A DNA stretch of 61,324 nt, counting the filler, from Bipalium vagum (Eukaryota), in assembly GCA_037834085.1 (NCBI GenBank). It is 3 parts of 3 records of this genome, joined end to end, with 100 filler letters (N's around TTAATTAATTAA, not from the genome) between each part and the next. Parts side by side here need not be neighbours in the genome. Positions count along the whole stretch, not along the records: positions 1 to 16,560 come from JBBMKC010105674.1; 2 more parts are not named here. One strand, 5' to 3'. The notes under the pieces are model-generated. The model was not told the origin of the DNA. It made no database searches and saw only the letters and a program-made list of their open reading frames with translations. Positions 1-12,600 of this stretch are shown here, piece after piece; within the stretch, counting starts at the first letter, position 1, and each line of letters begins with the position of its first letter. Made by a program: the position numbers and the translations under genes.

Positions 1-72
1 GTTTGTTTCTTTCATTAGTTATTAGTTTAATAAAAAATGAAAAAAGTTTAATTCAAAATGAAAAAGTTTAAT

Positions 73-405
73 TTAAAGTGAAAATGGTATATTTTTACTT
101 CTTATATTTGGGACAATCTGGATGGCACGTTGTCCCTTAGACGTTCTTCCTCTCTTACATCTCATTGATACACAGAAACAAACCTCATCTATAAAATATA
201 TGTTCTCTCCATCTGCTACTGAAAGAAGTTGTAAAAATTCTCTAGAATAATTATATCGCTCTTAAATTATGTCGATGTCGTTCCTACGAGCTGGTATAAC
301 AGAAACACGTAATAATAATTACGTAATAATTTTGAAGGAGCCTTTGCCTGATTTATAGCATCTAATTATGGTGTTTCGTAGGTCATTTGATAAGTCTTTA
401 GCCAT
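73..405 (-). pseudogene. Degenerate IS630-Tc1-like transposase fragment (HTH start joined to the first DDE segment)
   Basis: Manual minus-strand translation: MAKDLSNDLRNTIIRCYKSGKG...RRNDIDII*ERYNYSREF...IYFIDEVCFCVSMRCKRGRTSKGQRA..VPNIRSKNI. The FIDE motif is typical of DDE_3 transposases. Two in-frame stops and an internal deletion. Confidence 0.7.
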
Positions 406-739
406 TTTAATTGAAATTTTAAAATTGAAAATGAGTCAAATATGAAAATTAAACTGTTAAAACAAGTTGCAAATTAAATGCAAAATGTTGCAAATTTGTT
501 TGCAAAAAGTTGCAAAATAAATGAGAAACCCTGCATTAAAAATATATTTTATAAAAAATAATTATCTTGCTTGATAATCTATGTAAAGTGTTTAATCTTT
601 ATTATCGATTTATTGTTTCATAATCGATTCATTGTTCAGTTAAATTTTATTGTCACTTTAAATATTAACATTTTTATTACTCTTAACATTACGCGCATAT
701 AAATAAAGTTAACATTGTTAAGTTGCCTAAAGCCCAATA

Positions 740-1203
740 TCGATAGCAAATTCTATTGGCCCTCAACCAGATGTCCTAATTGGCAACTTTAATAGATCGA
801 AATCCATTCTTACTTTCTCTGTAATATCTTCTGATGCTACACCTTGATTAGGCTCCACTATATCTTTCTGATTCTCTATTTGATTCCAATTTTGTTTCTT
901 TCTTTTCTTCAGCTAAATTTCTAACTATCTTTGTCAAAATTCATGTCAGTAATCCAGAGTATTTCCCACTGAACAGACTAATTCTCTTAAACGCTTAATG
1001 GTTATAACTAAAAATACTCAAAACTAATTTTCCTACCTCAATGAACTTTACCAAAACGTTCGAAACAATCAAATCAATGCCACAAGGACACACAAGAATC
1101 AAAATTTAATCAAATATTCACAAAAACAATGAATAAACACAATCTGTACCTTTTACAAATGCCAAATGATTATTTGAATCACGTCGGCGGCTCACCAATT
1201 TAT
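740..1203 (-). mobile_element. LTR-retrotransposon remnant: tRNA-Trp-like primer binding site plus decayed gag-like sequence
   Basis: The minus strand at 1177-1197 reads TGGTGAGCCGCCGACGTGATT, a near match (2 extra bases) to the gypsy Trp PBS TGGTGACCCCGACGTGAT. It is preceded by an ...AACA LTR-like end and followed by stop-ridden coding-like sequence. Confidence 0.35.
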
Positions 1204-3721
1204 GTTCCTTTATAATCAGTAGTAAAAATTTAAAATTGTATTTGCTATCTTTCCCCTCACTTATGGTTATGGTGTTAATGAAAGACAAGTAAACTGTTCT
1301 ACAATAAAATCTATTAACACAAAGATAATACAATAATTCAATTTCACACAATCTCCAATTCAAATATATCAACAATTAAAACCACTACCAATACATAATA
1401 ATAAATCAATAATAGAATGTCAAGTAACTATATCAACGAGAATGAATATGCAATCAATGTTAATAAAAATATATCAATAAATAACGATAACATAAAATTA
1501 ATGAAACGAAATACACAAAAATAATTTAATGAACGAACTCTTACTCGACAAGCGATTTCAACAAACCAGGGGTTGTTAGTTAGACTCATCTAAAGACGAC
1601 CAAACTACACAGAATCTGTTGCTTATCAAAATCATTGCAAAAATTCAACATAATTCTTTGGAAGGGGAACAAATATCGTAGAAAATGTTCGACAAAAAAT
1701 TATAGAATCTTCTAGAAAACTATCCAAAATTTTGTATTTCGCAAATAACAATTTTTTTGATAACTACCAACTCTAAAAACTTTGCAATACAAAATTGATT
1801 ATAGAAACTTTCTACAGCTTGTCAGCCCTTTATGTAAGACCACCAAGCTTCCGGATAAGCATCAGGACAATGACATAATTAATTATTAATCAGTCTTATA
1901 TTAATAAAAAATTATTCTGAATTTCCCTGAGTGACAGTATATTTCCAAACGTAGCCAACACTCAGTGAATTCAGCCTGTACCAAGAAAATAAAAAAATAT
2001 TTATTATTATTCTATTATTAGTATTATTCATTTTTTAAATAATAATTATTATTATTCCTCTTGACTCTCTTTGTGGTGACTTTTCTTAAATCTCCCTGGA
2101 ACCGAAAAAAAGAATTTCATTAATATAATTAATAAAAAGAGAATTACTTTATTTTCGAGGGACTCTGTTCTTTGTATTTGTTTATCAGTGACCCTTTATC
2201 ATCAGTGCACTTGACGAGCCCAACAAATGTGAAATTATGTTATGAAAGGAGACTTAAAAACATGCACATAATAATAGATTGTTATATAAATAGAAAAATG
2301 AATTTAGGAATCTGATAATAAATATTGATACTCTGATCAAAAAATGTTATGAAATGTTCAACCGTTATGATGAAAATAAAATGCAAATGAAATACGATTT
2401 GATTATGTTACTTCTTAGTAGAACACCTCGAAAATCTTCTTTAAGTAAGAGTTAAATGATAGAAAGGAACTATAGGTTATTTAAAAATAATAACCATCCT
2501 CTTTCGAAATATTTTTATTATTATTATAGGAGATGATTTGGTGGGTCAAAGTTAAAGATATGAATAAATGCTTTCCAACCATTTTTGTGTTTTTGTAAAT
2601 TTAGTTTCACAATAACAGTAGATCTATTTAAAAATTAATAATATTTGCTGATTGTCATTTCAAGCAAAAAGGAAATCCATGTGCATAAAATCACAATTAG
2701 AAGCAATATTTATAAAATTTAAATTAAATATAAAGTTATTTTTTATTTGTTAAGTTTTTAAATTTTTAATGAGGATCTATGTAAGCGAGTTTGGTAACTC
2801 TATATAAACTGTTTGTTTCAGAATGAATTATTTGCGAGTAACTTCAGGCAAGACTTAAAATTTTAAAATTCAATATTTAAAGTGTGAAAAGTATTTTCAA
2901 AGATTGGTACCAAATTATTTCAAATCGATTAAATCAAAATTTATTAACACTGCACATTATAAAAGTGTATGATTTATGTTACAACTTATTAACTCTAATC
3001 TTTTTTATATTTTATATATTAAGTTTTATATTTTGATAAAGAATTTTATTTTTCTATATTTTTTGTAATGTTTATAGAGAAAACGATCTTTGAGTTCTAC
3101 GGGTTCTATCTTATACAAAGATATAAAGTAAATAAAATTATATTTTCTACGCATTAAATACACAAAGGACTAAAAAACACAAAAAAGATAAAAGTAAATG
3201 TTTAAGGATTAAGAATCATAAAATCAGGAACAATAATGTTTTTGTCATGTTTTACACATTTGATTATAATTTTAATTGTTAATTGGTTGCACTATTTGAT
3301 CTTCGGAGTCTCTACAATTTAATAATTGTTCATATTACATTAATATTTATAATATAGAATTTATGTACTTTGTAAGATCTTATGTATTATCTTATTGTTA
3401 GATATCTTGAAAAATAAAATTATGTGATGATTATTAGAATGCTTTGTCATTGATTACATGGTATTTCTTGTTTTTTATTTGTATTCTGAATTCTGTCAAA
3501 CAATTAATTCAAAATATTTTGAATTAGACAGATTGAAAAAAATTCCTGTTAAAATATATATTTAAAAGTAATCTGTTGATTTTATTAATTATTTAACTGA
3601 ACCATTTAATGATAAAAAATCTAAAGGGATTTGAAAATAATTTTTATCAAACTGAACCAATCTTGAATATATCTGTAACTAATAAATCTGTTAATTATCA
3701 ACCAAAAGGGTAAAATTTCCA

Positions 3722-4331
3722 GGTAATCCTGTAGTTTAGGTCCCTAACTTTTATAAAAAACTTTAATTTTCAAAAGCTTTTAAACTACTTATTATTGTAA
3801 GTAGTGTTTTATTATTAATTATTATTATATAATTATTTTAATTAATTAAATTTTAAACCTTATTTTAATTAATTAAGTATTATTAGTAGTGTTTCAGTGT
3901 TAATTAGTATTTTTAAAAATAAAATAAATAATAAAAAACAAAAATTTTATTATTCACATGGATAATTATAAAAGTTAATTTTAATAAAGTTTAATTTATA
4001 GTTTAAAAACACTACTTACAATTATAAGTAGTTTTAAATATTTTAAAAATAACATTATTTTAATAACATTATTATTTGTCATAATTATCCATGTGAATAA
4101 TAAACTGTTTTTTATTATTTATTTTACTTTTAAAAATACTAATTAACACTGAAACACTACTAATAATACCTAATTAATTAAAATAAGGTTTAAAATTTAA
4201 TTAATAATAATTAAAATAGTTATATATAATAATAATAAATAATAATAAAACAATACTTACAATTATAAGTAGTTTAAAAGTTAAAAAAAAAGTTTTTTAT
4301 AAAAGTTAGGGACCTAAAAAACAGGATTTCC
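3722..4331. mobile_element. Foldback/MITE-like non-autonomous DNA transposon, probably Merlin superfamily
   Basis: Imperfect inverted arms of ~250 bp (3722-~3970 vs ~4081-4331). Termini GGTAATCCTGT...ACAGGATTTCC. Flanking 8-mers AATTTCCA (3714-3721) and AATTTCCG (4332-4339) form a TSD with one mismatch. Confidence 0.85.
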
Positions 4332-5023
4332 AATTTCCGAATAACTTAGAATTTAAAAGTTAATTTGCTTAAACTCGAATTTGTAAATTATTAATATGGT
4401 GGAAAGTCCTTAATAATAGAAACATTAAAATTTTCCAATAATTAAAAAATAGCAATATTCAATTTTGAGTTGACAGTTATGGTCATTCAAAATACGATTA
4501 TTTTCCGTTACATAGGTTTTGGGCTATCATTGGTTTTAGAAAAACTTCTCGCAGATCTTCTTTGTGATTTCATAAAAATTCTTCACATTTCTGATCATCA
4601 AAAAATACAAAATTTCCTGTATTTCTTGCAATGTCTGTATGGATGGTATCATCTGAATATAAAGGTATTATTAACTAAGGGGACTCTCATTATAAATGAC
4701 ATTTACATTTTTAAAAGTTATAAATATGTAAATGCAACTATGGTAGTATTTATTATATAACTTATAGATAAAATGATAATATTGTTACGCATAATATTTT
4801 TAATGTGTAATAATACATTCGCGTGAACATTTTGCTTCTATTAAAATATTGTATAAATTTGTTAGATTTATTGAAAATTTTTTATTGCATTGACAAACGC
4901 AGTCCAAATCTTATTAAAATCTATTCTCAAAATAAATTCTAAAATATGATCATTGTTTCAGCTTCTTGCTTCGATTGACTCTTTGTATCCAAACCTGAAT
5001 AGCTAATTTTTAAAATTTTAATA

Positions 5024-5224
5024 TTAAATATAAGCAAACCGAGTTCCTTCGACTCTGTTCTCATGTACACCGGTAATTGGATCTTTATAAAATTTAGAAT
5101 GGTTCACTGCACCGTTTTCATAAGTACCTTCTGATATTCTGGAATAGCTTTTCCATTCGTCTGTATACATAATAATAGATCCTGGGTGTACATATTTTCT
5201 GATAACACTAAATAATGTATCACC
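5024..5224 (-). pseudogene. Merlin/ISXO2 (IS1595-like) transposase C-terminal fragment
   Basis: Manual translation DTLFSVIRKYVHPGSIIMYTDEWKSYSRISEGTYENGAVNHSKFYKDPITGVHENRVEG matches the family motifs TDxWxxY, VNHS and DPxTGVHTNxIEG. Confidence 0.85.
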
Positions 5225-6626
5225 AGGATCTGTTAATTATCTTTTTGAAAATTTTTTATTAGAATATTAAATGAAAATTTAATAAAAAATATGTCAGTTA
5301 TACGTGGTGTAATCCTACAAAACTTTATTTTTAGCAAAACAATTAATATTTGATTAAAAACATATTCACCCTAACTTTACTGATTTCTTTACCTTTATCT
5401 TTGTATTTCTATATTGCATTTAGAAGATAATTAAATGAATAGTTAAATATTACTAGTGTAAAACTAAATTTTTAAAAAAATAGTGAAAACCTAATACTTA
5501 TTGATTGATAAAACTTTCTTAGATCAGAAAACCATGAGAATTAATACATAAAATTCATTATTCATTTTAAAATGAAAGAATAAGTAAAAGAACTATATTT
5601 TTTAATCACTTCATATTCTCAGGAATTTTCTATCAAAAGTTTAAATGGATCAATTTTTTCAGACGTTCTTAACAATGTTGAATAATATCAAAACATCTTT
5701 GTTCTTTCACTTCTTCCACAGACGTTCTTTTTTCAGGTGATTGAGGACAAGAGGACTCTTTGTACATATTTATTTGACTCAGCTTATAAGCATTTGTACT
5801 TGACTTAAACTGAAAACAATTATCAACTAACTAGTTTTGATTTTATCACAACTGGTATTTTTGTTCTAGTATGATGTAGAAATTGCTGTATGATTTGTGA
5901 CCTAGTCAACATGAACTCGGAAATTCTAGAAAGGAAATCTATTCTGAAGTTGATTTTTATGATTTATTATAGATTATGTATAATAGATTATTCCATCAGT
6001 CTGATTGGAATCACTGGGTCTACACCAACATCTATCAGGATTGTGTCTCAACAATAATAATCTTCTTTACGCAGGCAATATCTTCGAAATTAATAGTTAC
6101 TGAATATTTGGATTTATTATAGTTGAGGTGCCTGAGAAAATTTTGTTTAAATTAACTATTTCAGGCACCTAGTTTATATATTAACCACATGTTTCAATGC
6201 AAATGTGTTCAAATCAAGGTTAGTTCAAGGCTCAAAAATAATAATATAATTTAAAATTATATTATAAATAATAATATAGTAAATAATTATATTAAACATA
6301 TACAGGTTATTTAATAAATATGTATACACGTTTAAACAAATAAAAATTAATCAATTTGTCAATGAACATGAATCATTTTTTATATATTTTTGTAGAAAAT
6401 CATTGGAAAAATAAAAATATTTTATAAATGCCTGGAAAAAGAAAATAGATTCGATTGAAAATTAGTTGATTATTTTTACTTTAAACGCGTATATGTATTT
6501 ATGAAACACCCTGTATTTATATTATTTGAAAGATGCAGATACAATACAATATCAAATTGAGTTCTTGAAACTGAGAGAATTTTTTAGAAAAATAATCTTT
6601 CAATCAGTCATAAAACCTTATAAAAA

Positions 6627-9600
6627 TCAAGATTTTATTAAAATATCATCGAAAATACAAGTATCATATATACAACGTTTAGCAAATGTTCTATGCAAAA
6701 GGCATTGTCTTAAGAAATATAAAAATTTTCTAAATATTGTCAAAATAGGCAACAGAAAAAGTATCAGAGCCACAACTCCAATCATTAAAATAAATAGAGA
6801 TAGTGTCAAGTTCGTCTTTGTACTTTTCTTTGAAACGGCTTCATATTTACTGGGTACAGGAAACATGAAATCCAAAAAGTTGTTCACTTCAACTCGTATT
6901 TTGGAAACAGCCTCTTGATCACCTGAGTTTGCTAGGTTATCATTCAAGCAGAAAAATTTTCTGAAATAAAAAATAATTGATTGATCTATTGGAACAAGTA
7001 AGTTCGGATACTTAGGCGATTTTCTTAGCCAGTCAAGGTTTTTCATGATATTCTCAAAGTTAGCGGATATCATTATGAAAGCCAGGTCGTTGGCTTCGTG
7101 ATTGGTATGTTGAAATCGTGGTACTGACTTAGGAGTATACAATTGGGTCCAATTGAAACAGGCAATCAAGTCGGAAATATTTATATTCATTAAGGTCAAA
7201 TTTAGCCCATAATCTTTATGAATTGAGATCACACAGGAGTTATAGATGTCGTAAATCGTTTGGTTGATAAACTGCAGAATAAAAAAACAATTCATAATAT
7301 CGAAATTGGCTCCAAAGAGTTGTTCTAACCGAAGGAGAAACAGTTTCATTGGTATGGATTCTTAAAATTAGACTACGTAGTTCATTGCCGCTAAGACTTC
7401 TATAACCAGAATGTATATAATCAGTGAACTAATTGTAAAGAAAATAAAACAATACTACCCTGAATAGTCGGTATCTACTGAATGCAGAAGTTCGACCAAA
7501 GGCACCGTCTTATTTACGTTCATTAAGAAGGAAAAGTATGTAAATGCAAATTGCAGATCATTTGGAGATCTGAAACGATGAGCAGATGTCTGAACCCAAT
7601 CGTAATAAAACCTAAATATGATTTCAATATTTATATCAGATAAAAAATCGGTAAAACTTTTTATGTGCCTCAGCATAAATAGTATTGGTTATAAAATGAG
7701 GACCGTGAGCTGGAACTCTTTTGTTCACAGAACTAAAGACTTCTGACATCTTTTTATTTGAATATCGTAATGATTCGGCGTACAAATCTAGAAGACGTCT
7801 CATACTACTCACACTAGATAACGAACTGACTGTGTGGAGGTTTTCGAAATCGTTTTCGGTTTTTTCCCAAGGAAGAAACCCCCAAGGCATACTTTCTATT
7901 CGTAACATATTTGGTAGAGATGTTATGCGTAAATCTTGTTGTCTATGTTCCAATGGAGAATGGAAAAGTTGCTGTACCAAGTGATGATAACCCTCCAAGG
8001 ATATAAGACCTCAATATTGAATTTCATTGTAAAATATTGAATTTTTTATTGAAATATTAACTAAAAAGTGGACCCTGTCAAAATTATTAACTGAGAAAGC
8101 ATCTACAATCCAAAAAGTATGAGTTGAAAACAAATTTATTATAGCTAATAATTGAAACAAAATGATTCAAAAAAACTAAGAGTTCATTGTTATAAAAATC
8201 TTATGTGTTTGCACTATCAAAAACTTACCATCGTGAAGCAGCAATCGGTAATGTGTCATTTCCACTGGCCTTTCCCATTCCAATCTTTCAATGGAAATGT
8301 TTTTGTTGGGAGGGTAAGTTAGGAGAGACATGTTGGAAATAATCCTGGGAAAAGGAAAATATCTTATTCATTGATCTATTTTATTTTTTTTTGATTAAAC
8401 AGAGGTTTATCAAATTTAATTACATTTTCACACAACTTCAAATTTAGTAAATTATTTAAGAATGTAATAATAAAAGTGTATATGTGAGAAGTCTCCGCGA
8501 TTAATATATTAAAGAGCCACATATAAAATTAAAATGCGAATAAGAGCCACACAAAAATACATATTTGATTTTTGTGGACTTAAACAAATAAGAGAAACAA
8601 AAAAGTGAAGCCAAATCGCTTTATTTAAATACTTAAAGTCATTTTTCACTTTCACGTAGAGTTATGTTTGAATTTTATAAAGGTCCGGTTAATAACAAGT
8701 TGTAGCTGTCCTCAATAATTCCCATAGGTGTTGGTTAGTGAGTACAGTCCTGTTTTTTTTTGACAGGATATGCTTAATGAGAGAATACACAGATTCAATT
8801 CAACATGTTGTCCCAAATTTATTGAAAAGACGCTGACTACTTTCTTTTAGTGTAGGATACTTACCACAAGAAACTAGTTTCCAGAACTTTAATGTTGAGT
8901 GTGACTGATGCAATGATTTGTAAGTAAAATCTAGCTACAGATTCCAGTAATTGAGCTTCTATATCTTCTTTCAGAGTAACAATAGGTTTCTGAACTGGGT
9001 ATTAATCCTTTTCGACATCAATTGTAAATGGATTAAACAAAAAAGAAAATTAGGTTTTAAGTTTTCTAGATCTGAAAATCTTGTTGCAAAATTAGTTGAA
9101 ACACCTCTCAATATATACTTTTATTTTTTCAGAATTAACAAGCTCTTTAAGCAAATAAAAGTTCCGTAAAGTCTTTGTGTTACGGTTTCTCTGGAACAGT
9201 TTAATTTTATTTCGTAAACTAAAGAGTAACTATATGGGGTAGATCAGTAACAATCTCGTCTTTCCTTTGTAGAGACAAATTAAGTGCTTATAAATGGTTC
9301 ATGGCATCAGTAAAAAAACACCATTTCCATCAAATATCTCCCAGTTATTCGTAATTTTTCCTTTTTTCTTTTAAAATGAGCAGATATGTCCAAAGAGATC
9401 CTCAAACCTCTTGAACACATTACTAGTTTATAACAATCTAGCAATGCAGTAATAATTAACATCGCTTGGAATGTTATCTTCATCTAATTCGTCTACAAAA
9501 TTTCTAAATTGCCTAAGGGTTTTTTGCATTAGAACGAATATATATTTCACAATCTCGAACATAGTTTTATGACATGGTCATATTTAAAGTACTTTTGTAT

Positions 9601-12600
9601 TAAATGTTCAGGATGAATAACACAATGAATAGGTAAAAAAATCAGGATATTTCATAATTAATCTAAATAAACAACTGTGTTTTCCTATCATTGCGAGGGC
9701 CGTATTTACCAGTTTCATAAAACATTCAGAAAGAATATTTTCAGAAAACAGAGTCGATTGCATTTTTAATATCAACTTCTTTTGTAGTGCCCTTAAGAGC
9801 AACCAGTTCTAGTAATTCTTCTTTAACACATAAGTTTCTAGATATGTAACGTACGAATACCCCAAGTTGTGGATTATCCTGGATGTAGACAGACTCATCC
9901 AATGCAGTACTAAAGGCAACTGAGGAGAGCAGATAACTTTTCAATGAAATCGTAACATTGGTTTCAATTCGACGTACAATACTTTGCTATGACAATACCA
10001 TCTGGGAAATAAGTTGTTGCAACATTTTGTTATTTGGATCCAATATGCACGCTATTTGTAGGACATTTTCTTTAATAAACTCATCATCAGTGTAGGGATC
10101 TTTAGATCTGGCAATATTCCAAGCTATAACATAACTAGGGTCAATATTAAGATCTGCTTCTTTACAAAATGCAGTGACACTCTTCAATGACTTCATTTTG
10201 TGTGAACGAATCTCTGATTCCGGAGGATATTAGCAGTGAAACTGTCCGTGGTTGGTGTCATAGTGCTATTTAAGATTGACGCTCTTAAAATGATTAAGTA
10301 AAGTATTAAAAATCAAACAAAAGTAAAATTTTTCTTCCCATTCCTGGCGAAATCCCCGATTTCTTCATTTTTTTTCTTACAAGACGTCTATTTTTAGGGG
10401 GGAATGATTTTAAACAATTTTTAACAACTTGCCATAAACTTGCTAAATAATCTAATTTTGTAGCATACAGTGTAATCAAAGAAATAATTATGAACAAAAA
10501 CGTAAGTGGTAAATTAATGACTTCATAGGCTTTACTTACTAAAATTTAATATTCATAATTTTTTTTAGTAAATCTTTTTTTCGTAATTTAGTTTGTTCAG
10601 CTTTGGTATTGTTATACAATTTCTTTCCAACCGTTCATGTTCTTATTTGGATTATGATAATAGATTAATATCTCTTCGGTATTTTTAAAATGGGTCATGA
10701 AATGAGTTATATTATGCTTAACAAGCTTCAAGCAATCTTCGGAAAAAAAGAAATGCACATTATTTTTCCAAACGTCTTCATATATGTTTCATGTTTCAAG
10801 ATATGACGTTCACTTTTATCCCAGATTTCCTTTGTATTTCACCAGTAAATATTCCTTTTAATCATTTTACAAATAAGTATTCAAAAACTGCTCGATTTTT
10901 CAAATTTTGCTTTTTAAAAATGTAAACAGGTTAACTTGCATTTAAACAGATATTCAAATTATAGATTTATTTGAAATTTAAAAGATGGACTATTTTACTA
11001 AACATAATTATTTTCAGATAATAATAATCAATAAGATGATAATGTATGAGAAAACCCTTCGACTGCGAAGATCTTTAAATTTAATTTTTTGATATTTTGA
11101 TACAGAGGAGTAAGAAATTTGATCATGAAGGCATCTCAAGAGTTAAAAATATGAGAACAGTAGAAATCAACAATTAGTTTAAGCTAATCGAAAATGGACA
11201 TTATAAATATGAATATCCTCAATGACTTAAAAATTATAATTTATCAGTTCTCTTATTAATAACGTTAAATAAAAGATTATACAAAAATATTTCAGAAATA
11301 TGAAATAAATGATAAAATATCTATTTTTATAAAGATATAAAATAATAATAAATAATAATAATCTTAAAATTAAAACAAACTCCTCATGATCTACACTGGT
11401 TAAGTGCGATATGGATGAAAATGTCGTTGGACCTGGATTCGATGTGGATTCTATTCTAGAGGATTTCTCCATTTTTGAAGGATTTAGCATCATATTGACA
11501 CGAATCTGGATATCATATATATTATTTAAGCAACTCAACATATATGTTTTACATTGATATGAGAATTGATTCCGCGTACCAATGTTATATTGAGATGAAT
11601 CAATTTGTCGACTTTAGAGAAGCAATTTTTACAATATTCTGGTTTTTTGAAAAGGATAATAATAAGTCGATATTTGATTGCGTAGCTGGATGATAGCACT
11701 TCATTCGAATCGTCAATGGTCACTTGGGAGACGTTATCATTTGTTTGAATCACCTCTTTCAGATTGATAACAAATGATTTAGTATCTGTTAGGAAGCTGG
11801 TTAATCAAAGGGATTCATGTATTACTCAATATGTATATTACTGAAAGAGATCAATTAATTATTAAAAAACCACTGTCTTTTCCTTTTTTATTATTATCCG
11901 TATCTCCAGGATTTTATAAATAAAAATAATTTAATTAAATAAAGATCTTGAGTAATTTTTTCACATATTTTATTTATACAGGGTGCGTCAGCTATTTGAG
12001 GACAAAAATTGATATTAAAAGTAAGTAATATTTTTAATGAAAAGAATGTATTATTGTAAGCAATATTAGAAACTTTATTTGTTTTAAGTACACAAGTTTT
12101 ATTTATTCAATAAAATCACCTTCAGTGTCAATTACAGCTTCAAGATGGCTTTTGAAAAGCTTACAAACAGCTATCAAATGGTTTTTGTTCATATTTATCA
12201 TAGCAGAACTTATAAAAGCCGGTAGTGATTCTTTGGTATTATGAGGATGTTTGTTCCTCTCCTTCTCTACGACGCCCCACACGAAATAGTCCAAAAGATT
12301 TAAATCGGGCGAGCTAGATGGCCGTATTTTTGGAGTGACATTGTCGTTAAAATTTAGCGATAGCCATTTTTGTTTTTAATACTGTATGACAGGGAACTTT
12401 TGCTGCTGGAACACATAAGGCCTTCTGTGGGCAACTCTTTCAATCCAGAGCTTCACATATGTATTCAGACACTTGATATAAAGAGATGCATTAGTTTTAA
12501 GTCCATGTGGAAAGAAATACAGAGGCATAACATGACCTTCGTTGCTCACAACTCACAATATCATTAAAGATTATGGAAACTTGGTGTGCATAACATTAGG

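Noticed and set aside
73-405. In-frame TAA codons suggesting stop-codon reassignment
   Set aside because: They occur only in decayed transposons; the host genes read through without internal stops and terminate at TAA, TAG or TGA.
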